Source of the DNA: Chiloscyllium plagiosum
Lineage: Eukaryota
Length of the DNA stretch: 64,000 nt
Assembly (NCBI RefSeq): GCF_004010195.1
Contig: NC_057719.1
Coordinates: 13,319,904-13,383,903, forward strand
Direction: 5' to 3'
The first letter of the stretch is position 1. Each line of letters opens with the position of its first letter. Positions 25,399-37,768 of the stretch are shown piece after piece. A program made the position numbers and the translations under genes. Below the pieces are notes generated by a model. That model did not search any database. It had not been told where the DNA came from and saw only the letters and a list, made by a program, of their open reading frames with translations.

Positions 25399-27112
25399 TG
25401 AAATTCCAGCACAGAGCCTGGTATCCAATCACCAAGGCACCTTTATGCACAGTACACAGGCTGTGGTCTGTCAGTCCCTGAACTGAGGAGATTCTGAATC
25501 CCCTGGTTATATTTGATGAATGAAATTTACAAACACACAGTGAACAGTCAACAATGAACAATGAGTGGTTTTCAATAAGTAGCAGTTTACAGGGGAAAGG
25601 GGAGGCAAGGCCAAACCCCCAAACCCCACCGGATAACCAATTCACAGGGAGATGCAGACAGACTCCAAATCCCACAGTAACACACCAAAGAGGAAACAGT
25701 AGACACAAACGCATACAAAACCGTCTGATCAACTGAACGATTAAACAGTGCATGTTACACATTCAGCCCTGGTAAACCAGGAAATGGCCAATCCCTCCCA
25801 CCTTCTGGGCACTAAAAGGCAACCACCTCCATGCCCCCTTTTGGCTCTTGTTCCGCCCCCATGTCGCCTTTGGGCTCTCAGTCTGCCCCATGCCCCNNNN
25901 NNNNNNNNNNNNNNNNNNNNNNNNNNNNNNNNNNNNNNNNNNNNNNNNNNNNNNNNNNNNNNNNNNNNNNNNNNNNNNNNNNNNNNNNNNNNNNNNNNNN
26001 NNNNNNNNNNNNNNNNNNNNNNNNNNNNNNNNNNNNNNNNNNNNNNNNNNNNNNNNNNNNNNNNNNNNNNNNNNNNNNNNNNNNNNNNNNNNNNNNNNNN
26101 NNNNNNNNNNNNNNNNNNNNNNNNNNNNNNNNNNNNNNNNNNNNNNNNNNNNNNNNNNNNNNNNNNNNNNNNNNNNNNNNNNNNNNNNNNNNNNNNNNNN
26201 NNNNNNNNNNNNNNNNNNNNNNNNNNNNNNNNNNNNNNNNNNNNNNNNNNNNNNNNNNNNNNNNNNNNNNNNNNNNNNNNNNNNNNNNNNNNNNNNNNNN
26301 NNNNNNNNNNNNNNNNNNNNNNNNNNNNNNNNNNNNNNNNNNNNNNNNNNNNNNNNNNNNNNNNNNNNNNNNNNNNNNNNNNNNNNNNNNNNNNNNNNNN
26401 NNNNNNNNNNNNNNNNNNNNNNNNNNNNNNNNNNNNNNNNNNNNNNNNNNNNNNNNNNNNNNNNNNNNNNNNNNNNNNNNNNNNNNNNNNNNNNNNNNNN
26501 NNNNNNNNNNNNNNNNNNNNNNNNNNNNNNNNNNNNNNNNNNNNNNNNNNNNNNNNNNNNNNNNNNNNNNNNNNNNNNNNNNNNNNNNNNNNNNNNNNNN
26601 NNNNNNNNNNNNNNNNNNNNNNNNNNNNNNNNNNNNNNNNNNNNNNNNNNNNNNNNNNNNNNNNNNNNNNNNNNNNNNNNNNNNNNNNNNNNNNNNNNNN
26701 NNNNNNNNNNNNNNNNNNNNNNNNNNNNNNNNNNNNNNNNNNNNNNNNNNNNNNNNNNNNNNNNNNNNNNNNNNNNNNNNNNNNNNNNNNNNNNNNNNNN
26801 CAGTCTGCCCCATGCCCCCTTTCATCTCTCAGTCTGCCCCATGCCCCCTTTCATCTCTGAGTCTGCCCCATGCCCCCTTCCAGCTGTCGATCCACAATGA
26901 CACAACTTCCTCTAGGACAGCGTATCCCGTTACCACCCCAGGACGATGGCGACCAGGACAGGTACCCACCTTTCGGCTTCCCGGACTGCCCCTATGCGCC
27001 ATCCGGTTTCCCCTGGTTACATCAGTCAGCCAGAGCTCCCTGATTGGCCCAGGCTAACAACCCAATCAAGGGTCTCAAAGTCAATGAGCTCCATCTGGTT
27101 CCAATCACTACA
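25399..27112 (-). mobile_element. Short LTR-like element split by a ~1.5-kb VNTR-containing insertion
   Basis: Halves 25399-25512 and ~27009-27112 are homologous to 60953-61177; insert bounded by tcccctggtta(t/c)at duplication. Confidence 0.6.
25878..26880. repeat. 29-bp minisatellite spanning assembly gap 25897-26800
   Basis: Unit cagtctgccccatgccccctttcatctct on both sides of the Ns. Confidence 0.85.
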
Positions 27113-27390
27113 GACAGAAAGGAATGAATGAAAGAAAGGGAAGAAGAGGAGAATGAAGGTAAAGAACACGGATAAGAGAAAAGAGGACAGAACAGAATGA
27201 ACGAATGTAAGAAATAGGGACAGAAAAAGGAATGAATGAAAGAAATGGAAAATATAGTGATTGAGCAAGCGGAAGGAAATGGAAAGGAGAAAAGACTTAA
27301 AGACAGCCAAAGGAAATAAAGGCATAGAAAGGAAAGAGGAGAATTAAGTTGAAGAAAGGAATGAGAAAGTGGGACAAAGGATAAGTGAAA
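27113..27390. repeat. Purine-rich low-complexity tract
   Basis: GAA/GGAA-rich. Confidence 0.8.
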
Positions 27391-28545
27391 ATGTATATAT
27401 TATGCCACACACCCTGGGGACATTGCAAAGCTTCACAGGAATGAAGAGCTTTTGACACCCAGGTGTCTCCTCATGCAGCAATGCTAGATGGGAAACAGGT
27501 GAAAGAAGTGAGTCAAAATTAATTTCCACTGACTGCTCCTTCAACACCTCTTCATCCAGATGAGACAGAAAGCCCTGCTGTGACTTTCTGACCTTACTAC
27601 AATTCTATAATAATGCTGTTTCAAATGGCCTTCAGACTGAATGGTCCCCTGGGGACAGAGGTCTGCAGACTGACCACGATATAATATTGACTCCAGGAGT
27701 CACAGAGTATTTATTGAGGTTACGTTGTGTCAGTGAAGGTTAAATACTGACTATTTCTCTTGATAGCTGTGTGATAAAAATTAAGCTGTGCAACGTAATG
27801 ATGAAAAACCGGAGAATGTTCCACTTGAGAGCAATCCCCTAAACCAAACTATTTTCTCTCTGGTAAGAAGATGGCATTCAAAGGGAGACCCAGAAGTATC
27901 AAAACATTTGTCACGAACGATGACAGATTCTGAGAGATCACGATAGAAAATCAAAGGATTCTTCATGCTCCTGATGATTCCTGTGGCTGGAATTAAATAT
28001 TATCATAATTTCCCATTAGTTTCTCTCCCTTGAAACACACGCCTTCATGTCAGATTTTGTTTTAATTACCTGCTTACATTTCTGAAGATTGAAATGTCTC
28101 CACGGACCAGACTTCGCAGAACCACATCTGTTGCGAATGAAGTGAGTTATCCACCTAATGAGTTTTTTGCAGCCAGTCACGAATGATATTAATGGCACAT
28201 AACAGGCCATCTTTTACATTCAAGTGAGTGGTTCTAGTAAAAACTGGAACTGTTGGTCAAACAAAAGAAACAAATGCGCTTCCAAATCTATTAGTACTCA
28301 TTCATCACCAAGGAAACTGCCAGGAAGGAGAGTGAATACTTTTGAAATATGTCCAGAATATTCCAAACAAGCATCAGCGATGGAATTGCTTGCATTCAGT
28401 GAAAAAATGAGATAACCCTATTTCATGTACAAGCCTTTGGAACAATAATGACAGCATAAAGATCGCTGGTGTGACAGGTACAGAGGAGGATTAGAATGAG
28501 ATAGAAGGTGGTTATCAAAACTAAAGAAGCTAATGTATTAATCAT

Positions 28546-29225
28546 GGGGGACTGGGGACTGGGGACCATGGACTGGGGAGTGGGGAGTGGGGACTGGGAA
28601 CTGGGGACTGGGGAGTGGGGACTGGGAACTGGGGACTGGGGAGTGGGGACTGGGAACTGGGGACTGGGGAGTGGGGACTGGGAACTGGGGACTGGGGAGT
28701 GGGGACTGGGAACTGGGGACTGGGGAGTGGGGACTGGGAACTGGGGACTGGGGAGTGGGGACTGGGAACTGGGGACTGGGGAGTGGGGACTGGGAACTGG
28801 GGACTGGGGAGTGGGGACTGGGAACTGGGGACTGGGGAGTGGGGACTGGGAACTGGGGACTGGGGAGTGGGGACTGGGAACTGGGGACTGGGGAGTGGGG
28901 ACTGGGAACTGGGGACTGGGGAGTGGGGACTGGGAACTGGGGACTGGGGAGTGGGGACTGGGAACTGGGGACTGGGGAGTGGGGACTGGGAACTGGGGAC
29001 TGGGGAGTGGGGACTGGGAACTGGGGACTGGGGAGTGGGGACTGGGAACTGGGAACTGGGAACTGGGGACTGGGGACTGGGAACTAGGGACTGGGGACTG
29101 GGGACTGGGAACTAGGGACTGGGGACTGGGAACTAGGAACTGGGAACTGGGGACTGGGGACTGGGGGCTGGGAGCTGGGGACTGGGAACTGGGAGCTGGG
29201 AATTGGGGACTGGGGACTGGGAAGT
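28546..29225. repeat. G-rich minisatellite, 28-bp unit built from 7-mers
   Basis: (gggactgggaactggggactggggagtg)n, homogeneous core with degenerate 7-mer edges. Confidence 0.95.
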
Positions 29226-30289
29226 GGGTCTTGACAGGGCCTGGGGTGTGGGTAAACGACATGGAAGGAAGCTGTTCAGGCCTTAAAATTATTGCACTCT
29301 ATATTGAGCTCTGAAAGCTGCAGGGTCCACAAGCAGAAAATGAGATGCTGTTATGCTGGGAATGTATTGAGGGGACCTGTGACCAGGTCAGAATCTTGGA
29401 ACTGTCTTCCTGACAGGATTGTACAGCTTGAGGATTGCCACAGCTTAAGAAGGCAGCTCACCAGGCCAATTAGCAACAGGCAATCAAAGCTCTGCCAGCG
29501 ATGGTCACATCCTGCGACTTTCTTAAAAGAAACACTTGTGGCTTCAGATTGGAAACGAGACTGAAAGGGCCAGATTTCTCTCTCCTTGTTGTTGTTGTCT
29601 TGTTGTCTCTCTATCTTCAGGAAGTGATGAATCTGCCTCAGTAAGTTACTGGCGTCCGTAATGAAACAAAGGTTTTAAAATATCCCCCCTGAGATATCTG
29701 GCAGAAGGAGTAGCAGAAAGCCTTGCATGGGACTCAGGCTACAACTTGGGAGAATTTGACAGAATGCAATTTTTTTTTAAGAAACAAGTGAAAATACAGA
29801 ATTCTCCCTTTGAAATGCGAAAGAGTCTTCCAGCTAAGATTCCCCGTGCCATATTTTAACACTCCTGATAATTCTGCATCTAGAAATAATTTCCACTGAC
29901 ATGAAAAGGTTTCATGAAATCCTGATAGATGCCAGGAGCCCATGTGTCTGACCAACTGTAGAATGTGGGCATTGCATCTGTACCCAACAGATGGCAGAAT
30001 AAATCAGGAGAGGGGAACTTTCTGAAAATCAGCGCCATTAAAATAACCATGAATCTTCAATGATTTTAACAGCAACTTGGAATTTCCTACTCCAGTGACA
30101 AACTTTCCTCACAATTGCTTCAATTAAGTAAGAAAATGAGGGAAAGTAAAGGGCTGTGGACTAATGGGAGTGAGAATTGGTTTCACAACTCCTCCACAGA
30201 GATTGTCAGGCAATCTGGCTCATGAACGGGAGATTTTCTCATTAATGTTAATTGCTAACCTAATGGGTGGATGCCAAACGGAATCTTTT

Positions 30290-30915
30290 GTTTATTCTTG
30301 GGATATGGGGATCACTGGCTCGGCAAGCATCTATTACCCTTCCCAACTGCCCAGAGAGCAGTTATGAATCAACCACATTGCTGTGGACCTGGAGGAAGTG
30401 AGGATTGCAGATGCTGGAGATCAGAGTCCCAGCAACATCCTCTCGACTGCTGTGGATCTGGAGTCACATGTAGGCCAGCACGAGATAAGGACAGCAATTT
30501 CCTTCCCTTAAGGACATTAGGGAACCAGATAGGGTTATCCCAACAGTTTTATAGTCACTGTTAGACTCTGATTTAACAGCACAGAGGCCAGTATTCTGTC
30601 ACCAAGTCACTCTTTATTTACTTGTGCTAGGCACACCGGCTGTGACCAGCCAGCTCAGAGTCAGTCTCTGAAGTGAGAAGACTCTCTGAATCTCCTGTTT
30701 ATATGTGTCACCCAGGGCTCCCTGACTGGCCCAGGTTATCAGGATCTTATAAGTCACTGGGATCCGTCTGGTTCAAATCCCGACAGCCTCTCAGTTCCAG
30801 ATCATTATTGAATTCAAATTGCACCAGCTGCCATCGCGTGAATGAGTTCAGGTCCCCAGAATGTTACCTGGGCCCCCGGATTAATGATATAGCAATAACA
30901 CCACTAGGGGGCATC
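30290..30915 (-). mobile_element. Second-family SINE interrupted by a family C piece and a short LTR-like element (~30573-30785)
   Basis: Segment homologies to 17065-17410, 14786 arm and 60953-61177. Confidence 0.6.
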
Positions 30916-31619
30916 ACCACCCCAACTCAAAATATGTCAATATCTTCATTTAATTTTTAAGCATGCGCTTAGAAACAGAAGCTTTTTTAAGATCCCAGAA
31001 TGGAAAAAGACAGATGTTAGGAGTCTAAAAATTGAACTGGAGCAGTTTATTGCAAATGCAATTTTTTGGATAAAACAGTGGATGGAACATGGGAGAATTT
31101 CAAAAGGGAGATGAATAGGGTGGAACTCAGTGCATAGGCATAAGAAATAAACACGGAGCTAGGCAACCCTGGATGACTCAGGATATTGATCAGAAAATAG
31201 GGAAGAAAAAGAAGGCATTTTATGCATACCAGAGTAATAACGGTGGTAGACATCAGGAAGAGTATCTCAAGCACAGGAGAGAGGCTAGGGTTGGAAGAAG
31301 GAAGGCTAAGAGGAAGCATGAGGAAAGGATGGCAGGCTGTGCTAAAACAAATAGTCAAATGTTCTTCAAACATATTAATACTAAAAGATTGGTGAAGGAT
31401 AGTGTGGGGCCCATAAGGAAGAAGTGGGGTAAACTGCTCATGAAGCAACGGATATGGCGGAGATGCTGCATGAATACTTTGCTTCTATTTTAGCAAATGA
31501 GAAAATGGTGACAAATAGCCCAGTTGAAACTATGGGTGTTGAGCGACTGAGTAGTGTAATGGGAGATAAAGAAGAGGTGCTAAAAATGCTGGCATCACAG
31601 ACACACACACACACATATA

Positions 31620-32088
31620 CGTTTGTGGGATGAATTTATACTTTGCTCAAAAACTGTATGAATCTGTGTAAGACTCTGTGAACTCACTTTTTAGATTAGA
31701 ATCAGTCTAAACATTATGGCACAGACAGGGAACATAGGGGGCTAACACCTTCAACATCTTACCTGCGCTGACACCAATTGTTACAATTAACCTGAGAATG
31801 TAACTTTTAAAAAAGGTTTTGTGATTTACATATGAAAGAACTATCATGGTCATTCTAACAGATGAGAGACTCCACAAACAATCAAGGTATTATTTAATGT
31901 ATAATTTCAGTTACATCACACTGTAAACTTTTGCTATAAATCCTGTGCCTTACAATTGTGTCCTTCACAACCACCTGATGAAGGAGCGTCGCTCCGAAAG
32001 CTAGTGCTTCCAATTAAACCTGTTGGACTATAACCTGGTGTTGTGTGATTTTTAACTTTGTACACCCCAGTCCAACACCGGCATCTCC
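31620..32088 (+). mobile_element. Family A element with complete 3' arm
   Basis: Homologous to 5684-6199; ends ...tccaacaccggcatctcc. Confidence 0.85.
31972..32006 (+). ncRNA. Minimal type I hammerhead ribozyme motif (family A)
   Basis: CAC-CTGATGA-a-GGAGC-gtc-GCTCC-GAAA-GC-TA-GTG. Confidence 0.75.
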
Positions 32089-32936
32089 TACCCCCTAGGT
32101 AGGATGTTTGCTAAAGGGGGAAAGGATAACCCTGTAAATTACAGGCCTGTCAGCTTGACATCAACTGTGGGAAAACTGATGGAGGCCATAATATAAGATA
32201 AATGTACACTCAGAGAAAAATAAGTTAATGCGAGACAGTCAACATGGCTTTGTCAAGGCAGGTCAAGTCTGACAAATTTCATTGAGTTCTTTGATGAGAT
32301 TACACAGAAGTGAATGAGGGGAGTGCTATAAATGTTGTATGTTTGAGCTTTCACATGGCAAGTTGGTTAGCAAATTAGAAATGTTTGAGATCAATGGGTC
32401 CTTGGCAGCATTGATTAGAAATTGGCTAAACGATAGGTCACTGATGGTAGGTGTAGATGGTTATTTTTCAGATTGGAGATGATTTGAAAATGGCGTTCCC
32501 AGGGAATGGTGTTGGGTCAATTGTCTTTTCTGATTTATATAAATGATTTGAGATGGGTATTGAGGGCAAAATCTCTAAATTTGCAGATAATACTAAGCTA
32601 GGGAGAATAGTGAATTGAGGATGACACTAAGTGACTTCAGAAGGATATTGACAAGTTGGTCAAATGGAGAGACACCCATGCAGATGAATTTCCATGCAGA
32701 GCAATGCAAGGTAATGCAATTTTGTAGAAGAAATATCGAGAGATAATGTAGGCTCATTGGTACAACCCTGAGGGGGGTGCATGAGCAGAGGGACCTCAGG
32801 GTTCACCTGCATGATTGTCTGAAGATGGCCAATTGTTAGGAAGGTTTATAGGATCCTTGGGTTTAGAAATAGATGCACAGAGTATAAGAGCAAGGAAATC
32901 AGGCTATGCCTGTACAAATCATTGGTCAGACCACAT

Positions 32937-33686
32937 GGATGTCGGTGTTGGACTGGGGTGTACAAAGTTAAAAATCAGGGTCTAGATTAGAGTGGTGCTG
33001 GAAAAGCACAGCAGGTCAGGCAGCATCCAAGGAGCAGGAAAATCGATGCTTCTGGCAAAAGCCCTTCACCAGGAATGGAGGCAGGGTGCCTACAGAGTGG
33101 AAAGTTAAAAATCACACAACACCAGGTTATAGTCCAACAGGTTTAATTGGAAGCACTAGCTTTCGGAGCACCGCTCCTTCATCAGGTGGTTGTGGAGGAT
33201 ACAATTGAAAGGCACAGAATTTATAGCAAAATTCATCACACTGTAAAGTTTTGCTATAAATTCTGTGTCTTACAACTGTGTCCTCCACAACCACCTGATG
33301 AAGGAGCAGCATTCTGAAAGCTAGTGAGGTTAGATTCCCTACAGTGTGGAAACAGGCCCTTTGGCCCAACCAGTCCACACTGACCCTCTCAAGAGTAACC
33401 CACCCAGACCCATCCCCCTCTGACTAATGCACCTAACACTATGAGCAATTTAGCATGGCCAATTCACCTGACCTGCACATCTTTGGACTGTGGGAGGAAA
33501 CTAGAGCACCCAGAGGAAACACAGGGAGAATGTGCAAACTCCACACAGACAGTCACCTGAGGATAGAATCGAACCTGGGACCCTGGTGCTGTGAGGCAGC
33601 AGTGCTAACCACTGAGCCACCGTGCCACCCCAACTGCTTCCAATTAAACCTGTTGGACTATAACCTGGTGTTGTGTGATTTTTAAC
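32937..33686. mobile_element. Fold-back family A element with nested family C arm (32978-33100) and HE1-type SINE (33327-33630, minus)
   Basis: 14-bp TSD aaagttaaaaatca at 32964-32977 and 33101-33114. Confidence 0.85.
33154..33188 (-). ncRNA. Minimal type I hammerhead ribozyme motif on the host sense strand
   Basis: Reverse complement CAC-CTGATGA-a-GGAGC-ggt-GCTCC-GAAA-GC-TA-GTG. Confidence 0.75.
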
Positions 33687-33794
33687 TGTGTTCAGTTTTG
33701 GTCACCTTACTTAAGGAAGGATATTAAAGCCCAGGAGAGAGTTCCAAGGGGATTTACTAGAATGATAGCAGGAATGAGAGGTTTAGATACAAGC

Positions 33795-34090
33795 TCTCAG
33801 GAAGATGAAAGGCTCTGGCCCGAAACGTCGACTCTCCTGCTTCTCGGATGCGGCCTGACCTGCTGTGCTTTTCCAGCACCACACTCTCAGCTTTTAGAGC
33901 TGAAAAATGTGTTGCTGGAAAAGCACAGCAGGTCAGGCAACATCCAAGGAGCAGGAGAATCAACGTTTTGGGCATAAGCCCTTCTTCAGGATTCTCCTGC
34001 TCCTTGGATGCTGCCTGACCTGCTGCGCTTTTCCAGCAACACATTTTTCAGCTCTGATCTCCAGCATCTGCAGGCCTAACTTACTTCCCT
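33795..34090. mobile_element. Cluster of family C arms/fold-back
   Basis: gcccgaaacgtcgactctcc...; gagctgaaaaatgtgttgctggaaaagc / gcttttccagcaacacatttttcagctc. Confidence 0.8.
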
Positions 34091-34492
34091 CTCAGCTTTT
34101 AGACACAAGGTAAGATTAGAGAAATTGGGCTTCTTCTCCCTGGACCTGGAGAAGAGAAGATTAAGAAGTAATGTTATTCAGCTGTTCAAAATTATGAACA
34201 ATTTTGACAGAGTAAAGAAGGATATTATGTTTCCACTAGTCGGTATATCAGTAACTGGGGAGTCACAATTTGAAAATTGTCACCAAGGCAGCTAGGTGTG
34301 AGATGAGGAGAAACTTCTCTCTCAGGGAGTTGTTAGGATTTAGAATGTGTTGCCTGGGAGAGCGGCAGAGGCATACTCTCCAGGAGGTTTCAAAATAGAG
34401 CTGGAGATATGTTTGAAAGGGATGAAGTTCGAGGACTATGGAGATAGGACTGGGGAATGGGATTAGCTGGGGAGCTCTTTCAGCAGCTGGTA

Positions 34493-35340
34493 CAGTCATA
34501 GAGTCATAGAGATGTACAGCATGGAAACAGACCCTTCAGTCCACGCTGACCAGACATCCCAACCCAATCTAGTCCCACCTGCCAGCACCAGGCCCATATC
34601 CCTCCAAACCCTTCCTATTCATATACCCATCCAAATGCCTCGTAAATGTTGCAATTGTACCAGCCTCCACCACTTCCTCTGGCAGCTCATTCCATACCCG
34701 TACCACCCTCTGTGTGAAAATGTTGCCCTTTAGGTCTTTGTTATATCTTTCCCCCTCTCACCCTAAACCTATGCCCTCTAATTCTGGACTTCTCCACACT
34801 AGGGAAAAGACTTTGTCTACTTATCCTAACCATGCCCTCATAATTTTGTAAACCTCTATAAAGTCACCCCTCAACCTCCGCGCTCCAAGGAAAACAGCCC
34901 CAGCCTGTTCAGCCTCTCCCTGTAGCTCAAATCCTCAACCCTGGCAACATTCTTACAAATCTTTTCTGAACCCTTTCAAGTTTCACAACATCTTTCCAAT
35001 AGGAAGGAGACCAGAATTGCACGCAATATTCCAACAGTGGTCTAACCAATGTCCTGTAAAGCCGCAACATGACTTCCCAACTCCTGTACTCAATACTCTG
35101 ATCAATAAAGGAAAGCATACCAAACGCCTTCTTCACTATCTTTTCTACCTGCGACTCCACTTTCAAGGAGCTATCAACCTGCACTCCAAGGTCTCTTTGT
35201 TCAGCAACACTCCCTAGGACCTTACCATTAAGTGTATAAGTCCTGCTAAGATTTGCTTTCCCAAAATGCAGCACCTCGCATTTAACTGAATTAAACTCCA
35301 TCTGCCACTCCTCAGCCCATTGGCCCATCTGATCTGGGTT
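34493..35340 (-). mobile_element. Young CR1 LINE 3' fragment
   Basis: Open ORF WAEEWQMEFNSVKCEVLHFG...LYRTLVRPLLEYCVQFWSP; tail at 34493. Confidence 0.93.
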
Positions 35341-35664
35341 ATATTGTGAAATTCTATGATTTATTGGGCGAGACAGGACTAGTGGGCTCAATGCTAATGT
35401 CTGGATCAGAAAGTCTGGGTTCAAGTCCCGCTTATCCCCAGAGCTATGTCATAACATGTTTGAATTAATTGACTTAGAATACATTTACAACTCAGTCTGT
35501 TCCAATGCTGTAGGGATTCTATGATTCTATGATTGAGGATGAGCATCTTTCACTTGGGACCATCATTAAGATTGGGTTGCATGTGTCCAGAGCTCCTAAG
35601 CCAGAAGAAGGCCTTATTAAGAAGTTCTTTATCCAGTCTTGTTTTGCACTAATCTCCATTTTCA

Positions 35665-35815
35665 GGTGAATTCCATTTAAACTAATGGGGCTGGAATCAC
35701 GTTATAGCCAATACAGGTAAGGAAAGTTCGGGTTCTACAAATAATGGACTCAATTCTTCAATTGTGTTATAGCCAATTCACGTTGAAGAAACATGTGTTA
35801 TAGCAGAACCAACTG
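35665..35815. mobile_element. One end of a Tc1/mariner-like MITE
   Basis: ...gtgttatagcagaaccaactg|TA with internal gttatagccaa repeats. Confidence 0.5.
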
Positions 35816-37045
35816 TATTATGATGCAGTTCTGAGACAGGAGGGACCTGAGCATGGACCTCCTGTCTCAGAGATAGGGACACAAAGGCCCCAACTGCTGG
35901 GCATAGTCTGCAATTACATCGAGTAATGGCCAGCCACATTTGTAAATTAATGGGTAACGTATCTATGGCTAGAAAATCCCAAACGTTTTAAGGGACATCA
36001 GCAGAGATTGGAGATTTGCTCACCTTGAGGTCTCGCCATGGTTATTGCTAGATAGCAAACTGATGCATACAGTAAGCATTGGCCAACGGTTCCACAGATA
36101 TTGGTGTGCACGTGGCCCTATGTCAGCTCAGTAATTATTGGTGCCCATAGATATTGACATAGAAGAGGTGTCTGAATGCACCAGCAGTATATGGATCTGA
36201 CTTGCCTGTGTTGGCATCAGTACAATGTTCAGTGGGAAGACTGTTCGACACAGATGGTTGTGGGTAATGGCAGCGTAAAATGAAAATGTGTAAATCCTGA
36301 ACCCCACCTCTTTAAACTTTTCTTACACTTATGACAGTTCCCTACCAACTGAGATGAATTCTGGAGGTCTGGCTTGCGGACCATCTAGTTAATTTGATGG
36401 CGAAGGATAGGTGATTAAGAGCAGAAGCTTTGCTGTCTTTGCCAACATCTCTCATTATTCGTGCCCTGTTCTCCCCAAGGCGTGTATGAAATGAGGCATC
36501 CCATTGGACTGTTCTGATTAAGTCGGTTTATGGCCCTCATCATTTGCAGCGTAAGCAATAAACAGCAGCTCCATAGAGCAGACCAGGCAATATGAATTGG
36601 TCTCTGTGTGTCTGGCACTGGTTTGGAAATGTTCTTATGGGGCGCTCATACTGATTAAAGTACAAATGTTTCCCTGAGGGATTGAGAGCAGACTCAATGT
36701 ACCCTAATGCCATTGTGACAAATTTACTTCATGTTTTCCATGGTACTTGTCTGTAATTATGTTTGTTGTTGATGGTGACAGCTGATTAATCACATTCCCC
36801 TCAGGGTGAAAGAGCAGGTCTGGAGGTTGCATGCCAGTGGGATACCTAATGTCTCCCTTTTCATCTCCTCTTCAATTACGTTTATTATTGGGAGGGGCAT
36901 ATTACTGCAGATGCTGGAATCTCTACTGAAAACAACAAATGCTGGAGATCACAGCGGGTCAGGCAGCATCCATGCAGAGAGAGCAAGCTAACTTATCTAC
37001 TCGACATGACACTTTATCAGAGCTGATATGATGTGTGGAGGAGGA

Positions 37046-37153
37046 CTGATTAGGAGATTTGACAACCATCTGATGAAGGAGCGTCGCTCCGAAAGCTAGT
37101 GCTTCCAATTAAACCTGTTGGACTATAACCTGGTGTGGTGTGATTTGTAATTT
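37046..37153 (+). mobile_element. Family A mini-insert with 12-bp TSD
   Basis: TSD tgtggaggagga at 37034-37045 and 37154-37165. Confidence 0.85.
37067..37101 (+). ncRNA. Minimal type I hammerhead ribozyme motif (family A)
   Basis: CAT-CTGATGA-a-GGAGC-gtc-GCTCC-GAAA-GC-TA-GTG (U-G wobble in stem I). Confidence 0.7.
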
Positions 37154-37244
37154 TGTGGAGGAGGAAGCATTAATGCGACAGCTAGGGGTGCAGGGATGTG
37201 GAGTGCTTGGGGGTAAAAAAGATGTTGATTGTTCAAATTAAGTT

Positions 37245-37768
37245 GATTAGGCCACTTTTGGAATGCTGCATTCAGTTCTGGACCCCCTGCTTTTGGAAGG
37301 ATGTTGCGAAGCCTGAAAGAGTTCAGAAAAGATTTACAAGGGTGTTGCCAGGGTTGGAGGGTTTGAGCTATTGGGAGAGGCTGAAACAGGCTGGGGCTGT
37401 TTTCCCTGGAGTAGAGGCTGAGGGGTGGCCTTATAGAGATTTATAAAATCATGAGGGGCATGGATAGGGTGAGTAGAGAAGGCCTTTCCCTTGGGGTGGG
37501 GGAGTCCAAAACTAGAGGGCATAGGTATAAGGTGAGAGGGGAAAGATCTAAAAGGGACCCAAGGGGCAACTTTTTCACACAGAGAGTGGTGCATGTTTGG
37601 AATGAGCTGCCAGAGGAGGTGCATTTGGATGGGTATATAAATAGGAAGGATTAGAGGGATAAGGGCTAAATGCTGGAGGATGGGACTAGATTGATTTAGG
37701 ATATCTGGTCAGCATGGAATAGTTGGACTAAAGTACCTGTTTTAATGCTGCACATCTCTGATAACTCT
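37245..37768 (+). mobile_element. CR1 LINE 3' fragment
   Basis: LIRPLLECCIQFWTP, TRGHRYKVRG. Confidence 0.9.

Larger units (their letters stand above)
31060..34495 (+). mobile_element. Long decayed CR1 ORF2 (RT) hosting multiple nested insertions
   Basis: FFKHINTKR, NYRPVSLTS, QHGFVK, ISKFAD, LYKSLVRPH|VQFWSPYLRKD, 3' UTR; frameshifted. Confidence 0.85.

Noticed and set aside
25748..27057. 300-400 aa ORFs
   Set aside because: Artefacts of reading through an N gap
28423..29314. Long ORFs (279/268 aa) of PSPQ or GTGDW repeats
   Set aside because: Translation of a stop-free minisatellite; open in several frames on both strands
36415..36618. Minus ORF with IAWSALWSCCLLL resembling the CD225 middle exon
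   Set aside because: Lacks PPRDHLG and CCFWPLG motifs and suitable splice sites
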